Source: the human T2T-CHM13v2.0 reference genome, Homo sapiens
NCBI RefSeq assembly: GCF_009914755.1
Contig: NC_060925.1
Reading direction: 5' to 3' (one strand)
DNA length: 64,000 nt
Below are positions 1 to 14,049 of the stretch, one piece after another (position 1 is the stretch's first letter; each line of letters begins with the position of its first letter). The translations under genes were made by a program, and so were the position numbers. The notes under the pieces were generated by a model, which searched no databases, was not told the DNA's origin, and was given only the letters and a program-made list of their open reading frames with translations.

Positions 1-298
1 AAAAACAATGGAGGAGGGGGATAACAGCAAAATATTTAAATAAGCAATTTACATAAGAAGAAATTCAAATCATCAATAAACATACAAAACAGAGCTCAAC
101 CTCATTAGTAATAAAATGAAAATTAAAACTTACAATGAGATGGCATTGTGCATCCACCAGATTGTGGTAAAAATGAAAAAGTTGGCCATACAAAGCAATG
201 GCATTGATGTAAAGCAACATTGTTGTGAGACTGTAAATTTCTACAACCACTTTAGAAAACAGTTTGACACTACCTAATAAACATTGCTGTAGCAATAA

Positions 299-2118
<1,820 letters not shown>

Positions 2119-4201
2119 GATTGCCATCTATGACCCAGAAATTGCAAGGGTGGCTATACCCTAGAGAAACTCATGCATATGTATACCTGAAAATTTGTAT
2201 AGGAGTGTTCATGGAAACGTTTGTAATAGTAAAAAACTGGAAACAATCCAAATGTTCACCTACTATAGAATGGATTGATTGTGGTATATTTATGGAATGA
2301 AATACTACAAAGCAATGAAAATGAATGAACTTCAACTACTCAGAATATCATGAATTAATCTCACAAATTATAATTTTGTGCAAAGAAGCAAGACAGCAAA
2401 GCATACACACAATACGATTCCACCCGAATGACTTCAAAAAGAGAAGAAAACATTTTGCTTAGTAATGCATTCACAGATGGTAACATTAAAGAAAGGAAGG
2501 AAATGGTTATCCCAAAAGTCAGAATGGTGGACTGGAGTAGTCTTAAGAAGGGGTAAGATTTAGGAAAGAAAAGGAAGAATGTATCTAAAAGAAAAAAAAA
2601 AAACAGCAGAACAGTTACAGAGATGGAAACAAGCATAGCATTTGTGGAGGTACAGTGAAAACACCAGACTGACTGGAGGACAATATGTAAACTAGAGAAC
2701 AAGTCAACAAAAGGAGGACCAGGTCACAGTTAACCTTAAAATCCAAGCAAGGGTTTGGCTTTAACACTGTAAGAAGCCACTTATATTCTTGAACTGCACA
2801 ATCCCATGATGAAAGCTGTGTTTTAGGGAGACTTAATTTGCAACACACTTGAATTAGAGGAGGGAGGGACTAGATCAGCTAGTAGCTTTCTATGGTCACC
2901 TAGAAGTGAAATAATAAAGGATGTCCAACGCAGCTTGGTGGCATTCATTTAAACACTTTATGTGTCAGATATCCATGGGATCTGTGTGAAGCACTGGAAA
3001 TAAAAAGTCAAAACCAGACCTGCCATCAAAGAGCTCTGAAAAGCAGTATAAAAACAGGGAAGGGGGTGGAGGGACATAAGAAATGTAACTTTTTAAAAAA
3101 ACAGCTCATGAAATCAGTGATGAAGAAAAGAAAAAAGTCAAAGTTTCCTAGCCCTCAAGAGCCCTATAATTCAAGTACACATAAGGTAAGCACAACTATA
3201 TAGCCCAAGGATTGATGAGGAAGAGAATAAGCAGGAAGTAGCCATGACTATACCACATACATGGGAGAAATGTGACAAGGAAAGGAATGTTTGGTTGGCA
3301 GCTGAAAATGCCAGAACACTCAATAGATCTTTGTTTTAGGATGAGAAAGACATAGTAAGTCTTATGGTTTAAGGGAAAGGTCCACAAAAAGGGAGTAGAT
3401 TGAAGATGTTAGAACAGGGAAAGTTGTGGGATCAAGACTCTGAGAGAGGTGGCAAGAGAGAATTTCAAAGTACAATAAAATAGGTAAGCTTTAGGAACAA
3501 GAGACCTTTCAGGCTCAAGGGAAAGATGGTTAAGTCACCTATTGAGAGAGTAGTATGCTAAGGTTAAAATGAAGGACTAATGGTAGTCCCAAACTTTTCA
3601 GTAAGATGAGGTAGAGAAACAAAATTGTTAAATAAGAGAAATGACCTAAGGTAAACCTCATCTCAAATGGCAAGATATTAAGACATAAAGATCAACTCTG
3701 GAATGTTCTAGTCTCTCTTTAACACTATTTTGCAGCTTAGGAGCAAGAAGCAGGTTAGATATTCAGCATTAAGAATTAGTGAGATGAGTACAACAAAAGA
3801 TCAGGGAAGTATATGTGTTCCGCAAGATAAAACAGGCAGCACGGAAGTAGTTGGTAATATATGGAACTATGAATTGAACAAAGTAGATTCTGTAGATTGA
3901 AAGACTGGGCCCATCTGCCCAGAGTTAATAACACATACAAGACTAAAAACATCTGAGGTGTTAAATAAGTCGATATCCAGGAAATCCCACTCATGTAAGA
4001 TTTTCCCTCAGAAATAAAGATCTGATGGAAACCTTTCATTAAATTATGCTACTTATGCAGCAAAAGGATACCCGGTTAACAAAAGAAGGACTAAGAAAGC
4101 TGGCATAACTTTAGGGATAGTAGCAGTGACACTGTTAGGAAACCTGGAACTACCACAGAAAATATTCTGCAGAAAGAAAATATAGTCAAATAAAAAGAGT
4201 A

Positions 4202-4483
4202 GGCCAGGTAGCTCATGCCTGTAATCCCAGCACTTTGGGAGGCCGAGGTGGGCAGATCCCTTTAGCCCCGGAGTTCGAGACCAGCCTGGGCAACATGGCG
4301 AAAACCCGTCTCTACAAAAAGTGCAAAAATTAGCCAGGCACAGTGCCCATAGTCCCAGCTACTTGGGAGGCTGAGGTGGGAGAATCGCTTAAACCTGGGG
4401 GCAGAGACTTCAGTGAGCCAAGACTGTACCACTGCGCTCCAGCCTGGGCAACAGAGCGAGACCCTATCTCAAGAAAAAAAAAA
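4202..4483 (+). mobile_element. Alu (AluJ-like)
   Basis: Dimeric Alu with poly(A). Confidence 0.92.
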
Positions 4484-4501
4484 GCATAAGATCTGAAATC
4501 A

Positions 4502-4772
4502 GGCTGAGCGAGGTGGCTTACGCCTGTAATCCTAGCACTTTGGGAGGCCAAGGCGGGTGAATCACCTGAGGTCAGGAGTTCGAGACCAGTCTGGCCAACA
4601 TGGTGAAACCCTGTCACTACTAAAAATACAAAAATTAGCTGGGCGTGGTGACGAGGACAGGAGAATCGCCTGAACCCGGGGCAGTGGGGTGGAGGTTGCA
4701 GTGAGCCGATTGCGCCACTTCACTCCAGCCTGGGCGAAAGAGCAAAACTCCATCTTAAAAAAAAAAAAAAAA
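4502..4772 (+). mobile_element. AluS with a ~30-bp deletion in the right monomer
   Basis: Alu sequence; TSD ATCTGAAATCAG at 4491-4502 and 4772-4783. Confidence 0.92.
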
Positions 4773-4784
4773 TCTGAAATCAGA

Positions 4785-5100
4785 GAACTAGGATTTGAGT
4801 CCCAATTTAGGCAAATACAGTTGCTGTTTTTAGGCCTCAATTCCTCATCTAGAAAATGATAACAACAGTAAGTAATATGGAAATCATAATAGCAGTGGCT
4901 AACATTTTTGAATGCTTATGTTCCTGACACAGTACTACTAATGCATTATTAGAACTGTATTAGCTCACTTACACATGTATTAACTCATTTAATCCTCACA
5001 TTAACTTTATTGAGGCTGTTATCCCCATTTTTCTGTGGTATATGCAGAATTTCAACCTGTGCAATCTGATCCCAGATCCTATATTCTTTAGTACATTTTC
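4785..5100. mobile_element. MIR remnants
   Basis: cctcaattcctcatctagaaaatg and taactcatttaatcctcaca core motifs. Confidence 0.6.
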
Positions 5101-5639
5101 TGCCTCTCTGGGTTATGAAGATGAGAATGCAGTAAAAAGTGCTTTAAGTGTACACAAATGTTCATCATTACTGCTGAGTATCAAGCAACAGGACAAAATA
5201 ATCCCAACAAAATCCTAGACAATTTGTCTACAGTCTACATTCCATAAATCCATGGGCCTTATCCTCAAAAAGCAAAGGGGACACACATGTACAAAGACAA
5301 CTACTTGATATGGACAAGATATACATGCTGCTTTTCTATGGTGAGCTGAAGTAAACAGTATAATTAGTGATAATAAGAATAAAGAGCCTTCAGAAATCAC
5401 CAAATCACAGCCTCAAAAAATAACTGCACTAAATGCAAGGGGCTAAAAAATAACTGCGACAGAAACAAGATCATTATAATTCTTTTTAAAGTATAGGTTT
5501 CTGAACAATCACAAAGCTTTGAAAAGAAATAAGGTTTCAAACAGCAACAGGCTTTTCACAGAGCAACAAATTTCATATACGAACACTAGGAAAAGGATTA
5601 TCATTTCCAACAAAAGCCTCAAACCACATTATAAATACT

Positions 5640-5875
5640 GTAGTAAAAAACAGTTGATACTTACTAGGCACTTAGAGCACTGTTCTAAGCACTTTAGAGG
5701 TAACAATTCATTTAATCCCCACAACAACCCTACGAGGTTAAGTCTTACCATCATCCTCATTTTCTAGATAGGGAAAACGAGGCAGAAGTGTGGTCAAGTA
5801 ACTTGGCCATGTTTACTCAACGAGTGGCTGTGCTGGGGTGTCAAACCCAGGAACTTCATCTCCAGAATTTGTGCT
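5640..5875. mobile_element. MIR
   Basis: tcatttaatccccacaacaaccctacgaggt ... gaaaacgaggcaga ... aagtaacttggcc. Confidence 0.75.
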
Positions 5876-6054
5876 ATACTTCCTCTAATAGAAAAGTTAA
5901 AAAGCAGAACACGAATTGATTCAGAAGTATTAAGTATTATTCAATCATATTTGATAACAAGGAAGAACCTTTCATTCACAATAAGCAGTTAATAATGCAT
6001 TACTCATAGCAGTTCTGTCTTTGGTATTCCTTCCAAGTTAAGTCTGCACATTCT

Positions 6055-6440
6055 CACTGGACAATCTCATCAACCCCCACCCACCCCCGGGCTCCAAATG
6101 CAATCTACTTGCTGATAACTCTCAAATCTAGATCTCCAGCCCAATCTCTCTTCTGCACCTTCAACCTGCACCAAAAACCAAATAGATATTTCTCTCTGAA
6201 TGATTCATGAGCCCCTCAAAATTAACATGTCCAAAACTGAATCATCATCTCCATCCCACTTGCATCTCCCAATCTCAAACTCCTTTTTCCTCCTGTACTC
6301 CCTTACCCCAAAGACTGCCACCATCATCCACGTGGTTGCCCAACTTAGGATGTCATCCCAGACTCCTCAGTCCGCCTCACCTTGCATGTCCAATCACCAA
6401 TCACTACCATATCCACCTCCTGTCTGTCCAATAAGTGCAC
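6055..6440. mobile_element. L2 remnant
   Basis: ctctcaaatctagatctccagccc ... ctcaaaattaacatgtccaaaactgaa. Confidence 0.65.
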
Positions 6441-6789
6441 ATTTCTTCATTCACATTATCTTAATTTTATAACTTCTTAGAAAGCTGTTCTTATTTGCAT
6501 TTTGTGTTGTTTTGCACAACTGATTCTCTTTTTCTCTTGTGGTTTGTCCTGTCCCATCTGGTGGCGAACTCCACTAATAGACATACAATTTCATATCCAA
6601 CTCTCTAAAGTGCACTTACTTTATCAGCATGATGTTTTCAGAGATAAACTTCTGGTTCTAATAAGAGAAATTAAAACTAGGAATACATGTCAAGTAATAA
6701 CATTTTTTAATGACATCATCATCAGAAGTAAGACCTAATTATTTTACAAAAAAAAAAAATTTCCTGTCATCATAACTCCCTGGGAGAAA

Positions 6790-7030
6790 CTAATTACTAC
6801 AAGTGTTTGATGACAGGTAGTATAGGCCCTGTACTATCCTACGCACATTACACAAATTATGCCACTTAATGTTCACAACAACACTATGAGCTGGGTCCTA
6901 TTATTATTCTCATTTGCCAGACGAGGAAACGGAAATTTGGCCCAACAACTTGGCCAAAGTCCCAAGCTAGAAAATACCAATCAGGATTTGAACCCATGTC
7001 GGGGTCTGAGAGTAGAGCCCATGCTCTTAA
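6790..7030. mobile_element. MIR
   Basis: tcacaacaacactatgag ... cagacgaggaaac ... ggatttgaacccatgtc. Confidence 0.7.
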
Positions 7031-7097
7031 ACACTTGCTATTTTGCCCCTTCAGGAAAAAAAAAGTGCTAGAACGCTGGAAAGAAAGAAAAAAAAAA

Positions 7098-7312
<215 letters not shown>

Positions 7313-7578
7313 TAAAAAGACTCAGAGCCACAGAACTACAACTGCCCCAAAACAAAAAAAGGTAATTTAATATGAATGCTTCTTTTCTTGGGACATCATA
7401 ATTCACACAAATATGATTTTATTAAAACAAAAATGTCTACTGTCTCATACATAAGTATACTCCACAAAGAAATTCTACAAATATTAGAGTCCTCTGTCAT
7501 TTAATTTTTATTTGGCGGGTGGGAGAAAGGTGGCAACCAACCACCACAAGTAGGTGAAAGGCTTTGAAACCTCCACCT

Positions 7579-7631
7579 CAATCACTTGCTTTACTTCAAG
7601 ACTGCAATCACTTGCTTTACTTCAAGACTGC
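7579..7631. repeat. Perfect 26-bp tandem duplication
   Basis: CAATCACTTGCTTTACTTCAAGACTG x2. Confidence 0.95.
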
Positions 7632-8431
7632 TAACATATAAAAGGATGTCAGTGTATAAAGAACACTGCCTATCATCCATCTTCTCGGGTGCTCTGAGAA
7701 ACACAGGCGCACAGTTAAATTCACAGGCGAACTCAGAACAAGCTTCAGCCTGCAATCCGTCAGGGATTCGGCAGCTGCACACCGAAGGTGCAGCCCGCAG
7801 CTCTCAACTTTTCATTCTGTCCACACGTTTTCAATCCTGGACGCACAAGTCCACTTTGAACCTGGCCCGAGGGTGCAAAGAGGGTTCCTGTCAGATTTCT
7901 CAGGAAGAGAGAGACGCGTGAAGGAGGGGCGGCCTCCCACCCGCCCCGAGCCGCCGCGCGTTTCTCCTTTTGTTGGGGTGGAGGAGGGCGGACCCCGCAC
8001 CCTCTAGGGGCCAAGAGGGGTGGGCGGAGAGACGGGAGGGGGCGAAACGCCGCGGCGGCCCCCGACGAGCCCGGGGGTGGGAACACAAAGAATTTGGGAA
8101 GCGGCCGACCGCCCTTCCATAAACCTCCGCAGAAGTCCAGGCCCGGGCCGCCGAGGAGCAGGAGGAGGCGGGCGCGCTGGAGTCCGCGGCCCTCTCCGCT
8201 CCCTGCCGAGGCTCAGCGGCGGGCGCGGGCTGAAGGCCGGGGTTCGAGGGCGGCGCGAGGCCTCCGCTACCCCCTCAGCCACCCCGAACCCCTTCCGCCC
8301 CGCCGCGAGCCAGGCCGCGGGATCCCGGTGCCGGCCCCGCCACACCCACCCGCCTCCTAGGCCAGGCCTGGGAGGACTCCGCGGCTCTTTCTCGGGCGGC
8401 GGCGGCGGCGCGCCCCACGCCGGATATTTAC

Positions 8432-8469
8432 CTGCTGATCTTCTGGGCGAAGGCGCGGCGCTCGGCCAT
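8432..8469 (-). CDS. DOCK7: DOCK7 first coding exon (38 nt, MAERRAFAQKIS-R, phase-2 intron follows)
   Basis: Minus strand reads GCAGCC-ATG-GCC GAG CGC CGC GCC TTC GCC CAG AAG ATC AGC AG|GTAAAT: strong Kozak context, canonical donor, inside a CpG island. The peptide matches the DOCK7 N-terminus as I recall it (MAERRAFAQKISRTVAAEV...). Confidence 0.95.
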
Positions 8470-8470
8470 G

Positions 8471-8510
8471 GCTGCTGCGGCGACGGCGACGGCGGCGGCG
8501 GCTGCGGCGG
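8471..8510 (-). repeat. Interrupted (GCC)n tract in the DOCK7 5'UTR directly upstream of the ATG
   Basis: Minus strand CCGCCGCAGCCGCCGCCGCCGTCGCCGTCGCCGCAGCAGC followed by CATG. Confidence 0.85.
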
Positions 8511-9375
8511 GCCGGGTGCGGACCGGCGGGCGCGTGCCTCCTCGCTCGTGCTCCCTCCCTCGCGGCCTCCGCCAGTCCGGGCTCCGGACCTGGGAGGCTG
8601 GGGCTGGCGGCCGGAGCCAGGAACGAGCCCTGCCGTAATGTTCCTTAGAGGCGCGCAACGAGAAACCGCTCCTCCCCCAGCGCGTCAATCCCGGCGGGAA
8701 CCCCGGCTGCGGAAGGCGGCTGCGGCCGGCGGGAGCCGAGGGGAAGAATGGAGCGCTGAGGAAGCGAGGCGCCAGCCCCAGCCGCTTCGCTGCCGCGGAG
8801 CCTGCACGACCGAGAGGTCGCGGAGAGAAGCCAGAGACAGGCCAGCGACCTGGCGAGGCAAGAAAATAAGATAACCGAACGCGTAGGGGGAGCTTGGCTT
8901 TCCCGAAATGGAAGGGAAGGAAATGAAAGGTGGGCTTTGCCGAGGGGGCTGTGCTTTAACCAAAGCCCTGGATGACTGGGTTCATGTTTCTGCAGCACCG
9001 GTCTCCGAGCTTTTTAAAGCACTTGGGTTTCTGCTTCGGCCTCATGAATGCAGCCTAACTGGAGAAACAGTGGTTTTTCTTATAGAGAAAGAGCCAGAAA
9101 ATACCTTGCTCCTGCAGCGATAACAATAGTAATAGTTGACTTCTGGTGCTTAGCCAGCCACTGGATTAAAGTTTTTCAAGCACGAGCGCTTTGAAGTAGA
9201 TCGTTACTATCACTATTTTAGAGGGAAGGAAATTGGCTTGGAAAAGCTAAGTGACTGGCCCCAGGTCGCACAGATGGTAAACTCTTCCACTGAGACTCAA
9301 ACCCAGAGCCGGTTCTTTTCTTTGAGGACAGTTGTTTCCGTATTATTAACCCCTTTTGGATCTCTCTCTGTCTCT

Positions 9376-9380
<5 letters not shown>

Positions 9381-9420
<40 letters not shown>
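9381..9420. repeat. (AT)20 microsatellite
   Basis: Read directly. Confidence 0.97.
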
Positions 9421-9425
<5 letters not shown>

Positions 9426-9939
9426 CCAGGTGAGCTCTAACGTTCACCCCCATTTTGATGTTCTGTTAAATAAGCTCTGTGTTGACCACTGAAACTGACC
9501 TTGTCCATAATAGCCTATAAAACAGAGACTAGCAGAGATTTGTTTTCATCTGTTCTGTTGTAATCCCATAATGTCTAGAATATTTGGCTCCTAATGCATA
9601 TCTGTTGATACTGAAATTATGGTGACACTAAGAAAAATATCTTGGTTTCTTGTAGTACCTTTCCTCTTAAGTATTGCAAGAACTTAAAATGTGTATTTAT
9701 TTATTGTTATTATTATATTCTCAGTATGTCCTGGTGGAATATGTTGGATACCTGTTTTCCTCTCTTTTACCATTGGAAAATCTGTAGCTTGGAGCCATTA
9801 GGTCACTTGCCAGAGTCACACACTGAGTCAGAGGTGAAAGCCTCAATTAGTCAGATCCATAACTTCCTGTCTAGTGCTGTAACTTCTGTGGAAGACTGTG
9901 TATTTATATAACAATGCTCATTGCAGTAACACACTGCTT

Positions 9940-10090
9940 TTATTTATTGATTTATTTATTTTAGACAGAATCCCCCTGTGTTGCTCAAGCATGGAATGCA
10001 TAGGGCACTGCAGCCTAAAACTCCTAGGCTCAAGCAATCCTCTTGCCTCAGCCTCTGGAGGAGTAGCTAGTACCACAGGCTCTTGCCAAG
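9940..10090 (-). mobile_element. Old monomeric/partial Alu
   Basis: gcactgcagcctaaaactcctaggctcaagcaatcctcttgcctcagcc with a T-rich tail. Confidence 0.75.
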
Positions 10091-10344
10091 GCGCCCTCCA
10101 GTAACACACTGTTTTCAGATGCTTGTTTACTAAAGGAAAAGATAGTCTATTCAAAGAGGACAGATATTTGGCTTCTACCTAAGTATAGAGCCCACCTAGG
10201 TGTTCTAAAAAACACGAAGGTGAACTAGACACAGACCTGCTCTCAGAATGTTTGAGTCCATTGGGAAAGATGAACCAGGTACTCACAGACTGTAAGTCAA
10301 GGCTATCACTGTACCTGGCTTTTAAGACCCTCTGTGATAGGAAC

Positions 10345-10530
10345 CCAGACTTATTTTGCCACTTTCTTACTCTGTAACCTTAGGCAAGCTACTTAACTTC
10401 ATCTCTAAAAGGAGGAAAATAATTATATCTACTTGAAAGGGTGTTGTGAAGATTTATTGAATTGATTAATATAAAGTTCTTAGAACAGGGCCTGGTTCAT
10501 GGTAAGTACGATGTGTGTCAGCTGTTGTTA
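10345..10530. mobile_element. MIR
   Basis: tgtaaccttaggcaagctacttaacttc ... gttgtgaagatt ... cttagaacagggcctgg. Confidence 0.75.
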
Positions 10531-11035
10531 TTATTATCACTGTTACTGTCATTATTCATCCTGTACTTAAGCTTGTCCTGGGTGTTTGATAGTCCCTGAA
10601 TTGGTTGTCTGCTCTCACACTCCCAGCCAGATGTTGCATGCCTTTATCTCTGTTCTCCAAACATCTTTTCACTACTCTCTTAGAGAACTGGCCACATTTT
10701 GCTTTGAATAGTTCTTTGTATACATGACTCACTAGTTGCCAAAGTGTCTGAAAGGACTTTGCATGTACTCTGCAGCTTACTGGAAACATTTAGAGCAGGA
10801 AGAGGACAAGCAGGATCACGCTGTAAGCAGGGTAATTCAGAGTCTGGGGAACACTCTAAGCAGGAAGGGTGACCCCCTACCTCTGGGGAAGAGCTGGCAG
10901 TCACAGACCAAGTCATGTTGGCTGGTATCCCTGCCCCACAGGGTTTCAATGTCAGGAAAAGATATGGAACGCAGCAATGGGAGTGACAGTGGAATTGCTT
11001 CAGCTGACTAGCATCCATGCTCCCTATACCACCCC

Positions 11036-11037
<2 letters not shown>

Positions 11038-11072
<35 letters not shown>
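11038..11072. repeat. (AC)17 microsatellite
   Basis: Read directly. Confidence 0.95.
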
Positions 11073-11076
<4 letters not shown>

Positions 11077-12232
11077 TCAATCCACTATACTTCTGGGGAG
11101 CTCACTCCACCACCCTCAGTTTCAAGGGTCTTTTGACCTGGGCCTCACCAAGCAAAGCAGCACACTCCTCTGGCTTCTGTAACTGATTTAGGGATAGGCT
11201 CATGAATCAAACCAAGACAATCGGGCCCAACCAGAATTAGAAATTGCATTTGGTATACCAGGGCACTCCATCTAAAGAAGGCCTACCTGAGAATGAAGCC
11301 AAACACAGCAGAGAGGAGAGCAAAAATATTGAAAAAGACAAGTTCCTTAGAATATAGCATGACTTGAGCCTTGGACTTTGCAGTTACATGAGCTAAAAAT
11401 GTGCTGGAATTTTTTTGGGGGTGTGGCTGGTTTTTCATTAGGTTTGCTTTCATTAGCAGTTCAAAGTCTTACCTGATACAGGACTTCATTCAGTTAACTA
11501 ACATTCATTAAGTACTATACTAGACCCTGGAAATATAGTGGTAAATAGCGCAGTATTTCTGTCCTCAAAGAGTTTAGGGTCTGGTAGAAGAGAAAAGTAA
11601 GTAAATAGTAAGTTACATGCTGAGACAGGAAAAATTAAGGAAGCTATTGGAGTGCATATAAATTCTTGATAGCACCAGTTCTCAAATATGAGGTGTTAAA
11701 AACTGGATGGAATTTAACCCTGTCCTTAGCCCTGTTATATAACCTAGGAGAAAGGCTGGCTGCAACTCCGGGAGCATGAGTAGCCCAATTCAGAATTCAG
11801 GGCCCAAGCTCCCCACTGATGGAAAGATACAAAGAAACTACTTGCCAGAAGCCAGGACCAATTTGGCAGAGTCTACTCAAAACAGTGAGTTTTAGGTAAG
11901 AAAGCCTCAGAACAGTTTTCATTAGACATACCAGTGTACTAAGTCCCTCAAGCAGAAAACTTAGGGATATGACAGAAAAAAAAAGTAAAGAGAAAAGAAG
12001 GTGGGAAAATTATGAGTTTTGCATTCTACCCTTTATTGAACTTGGGTCTACCCGCTTTAATATAGCACCAAGGAGGATTGTGGAGGGGTCTGGTCAAGGG
12101 TCTAAGGCTACAGTACAAAGAAATAGAGTTTTCGGGTCATGATGGATTAAGTTCTGGCTTTGCAGGCAGAATGTGTTCTCTTTTGGGATTTGGGGGAGCA
12201 TAGGGAATGGTTCCTTTTTTTCAGGCATGGGC

Positions 12233-12528
<296 letters not shown>

Positions 12529-13028
12529 AGGCATGGGTTTTTATGAAACACCGCTGGTTTCATACAATAAGATCAACATGGAGCTTCCTTCTTTGGAAGC
12601 CTCTAGCAAGGCCAAATGAATGTGGCCCAGAGAAAGGGAGAACTGAGGCATGATATGTGGGTTTACCTCAATCCCAAACTAAAGCCTAGGAGTTGGACAC
12701 TAAATCTAAGCTACAGATGCTTTTGCCTGACTTTGTCCTATGTGCTTCACTTCCTGTCAATATCTAGCAAGTGTAATTTTTGCAGGGGGAAATTAAGGGG
12801 TCCTCAACCTGGCCATACTTAACAACTAATAGCACCCACATTTACTTTGTTGTAATACTCACCACACTATTGAAGTATTGTCTGTTAATCTTTGCACCCC
12901 ATCGAACTTGATCTCTTGTTCACCATTGTATTTCCAGTATCTAATACACTGCCTGGTCCATTATAATAACTTAGTAAATGTTTTTGAGTGAATAAATGCC
13001 ATGAACTAAAGTATTTTTAGATCCTGCC

Positions 13029-13406
13029 TGTATTCATCCGTTTTCATACTGCTATAAAGAACTGCCCAAGACTAAGTAATTTGTAAAGGAAAGGGGTTTA
13101 ATTGACTAACAGTTCAGCATGGCTGGGGAGGCCTCAGGAAACTTACAACCATGGTGGAAGGTGAAGGGGGAGCAAGGCAGCTTCTTCACAAAGCAGCAGG
13201 ACGGAGAAGTGCCAAGCAAAGGGGGAAGAGTCCTCATAAAACCATCAGATCTCCTGAGAACTCACTCACTATCACAAAAACAGTATGGGGGAAACCGTCC
13301 CCATGATTCAATTACCTCCACCTGGTCTCTTCTTTGACCCGTGGGGATTATGGGGATTACAATTCAAGATGAGATTTGGGTGGGGACACAAAGCCTAACC
13401 ATATCA
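13029..13406 (-). mobile_element. THE1D-like solo LTR (ERVL-MaLR)
   Basis: TG...CA ends, THE1 sequence, 5-bp TSD CTGCC at 13024-13028 and 13407-13411. Confidence 0.92.
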
Positions 13407-13424
13407 CTGCCTTAATTTATATTT

Positions 13425-13850
13425 CCCCAAAAATAGAGCTTGAGGCTTGGATGCAGGTAGTTTATTAGGAAGTGATGCTAAGAAGCTGGAATGAGGAAGT
13501 GGAGAGAGTAGAACAGAGAAGGGAAAGCCAGTAAATAGTGTTGTTGAGGTGTTACCACTGTGGGCAACTTAGGCTCAATCCCGCCTGCAACCTGCGTAAA
13601 GTGTGGAGTGCACCTCAGAATTGTCTCTTTGAGGCTCAGTATTTACCTGATGCCATCTAGATCTCTTGGCTGAAGGCTTACTATTGGAATATTAACTGCC
13701 CGCACACTTAATACTACAAAAAGCTAGAGACATGGTGTGTGTTTCTGGTGGCCAGCTATCAGTGCCCCTGAGAATTGTTCACCACAGCTACACCTAAAAT
13801 CGGAAAGGAGCCATGGGGTGAAGTACAGGGTACCAACAGTGTCTATTACA
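13425..13850. mobile_element. Old ERVL-type LTR remnant
   Basis: gcaggtagtttattaggaagtgatg motif, typical of LTR16-like ERVL LTRs. Confidence 0.45.
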
Positions 13851-14049
13851 GATCCCCTGAAAGTAATGCAGAGACTACAATAGGGATCTTGCCAGAATAG
13901 AACGTATTTGCACCTCATGGTTCTGCTGCTTTACAGAATTGGGAAAGACCAAAAGGCCAGACCACCTGAGTCAAAATGGCCCACAATGCAAGCTCAGTGC
14001 CTACTTTAAAAATAGGTCCATAATGTTTTTCCTCAATGGACTATTATAT

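Larger units (their letters stand above)
7890..8890. promoter_or_regulatory. DOCK7: CpG island / DOCK7 promoter and 5'UTR, probably bidirectional
   Basis: Abrupt switch to very GC-rich, CpG-dense sequence with GC boxes (GGGCGG) and (GGC)n tracts around the DOCK7 start codon. Confidence 0.93.

Noticed and set aside
8428-8688. 86-aa minus ORF as a stand-alone protein
   Set aside because: It is the DOCK7 5'UTR plus exon 1 read into the intron. The real start is the ATG at 8469 and the TAA lies within the splice donor.
8020-8874. 284-aa plus-strand ORF and other overlapping ORFs in the CpG island
   Set aside because: Non-ATG start, low-complexity G/R/P/A composition, no recognisable domain; stop codons are simply rare in GC-rich DNA.
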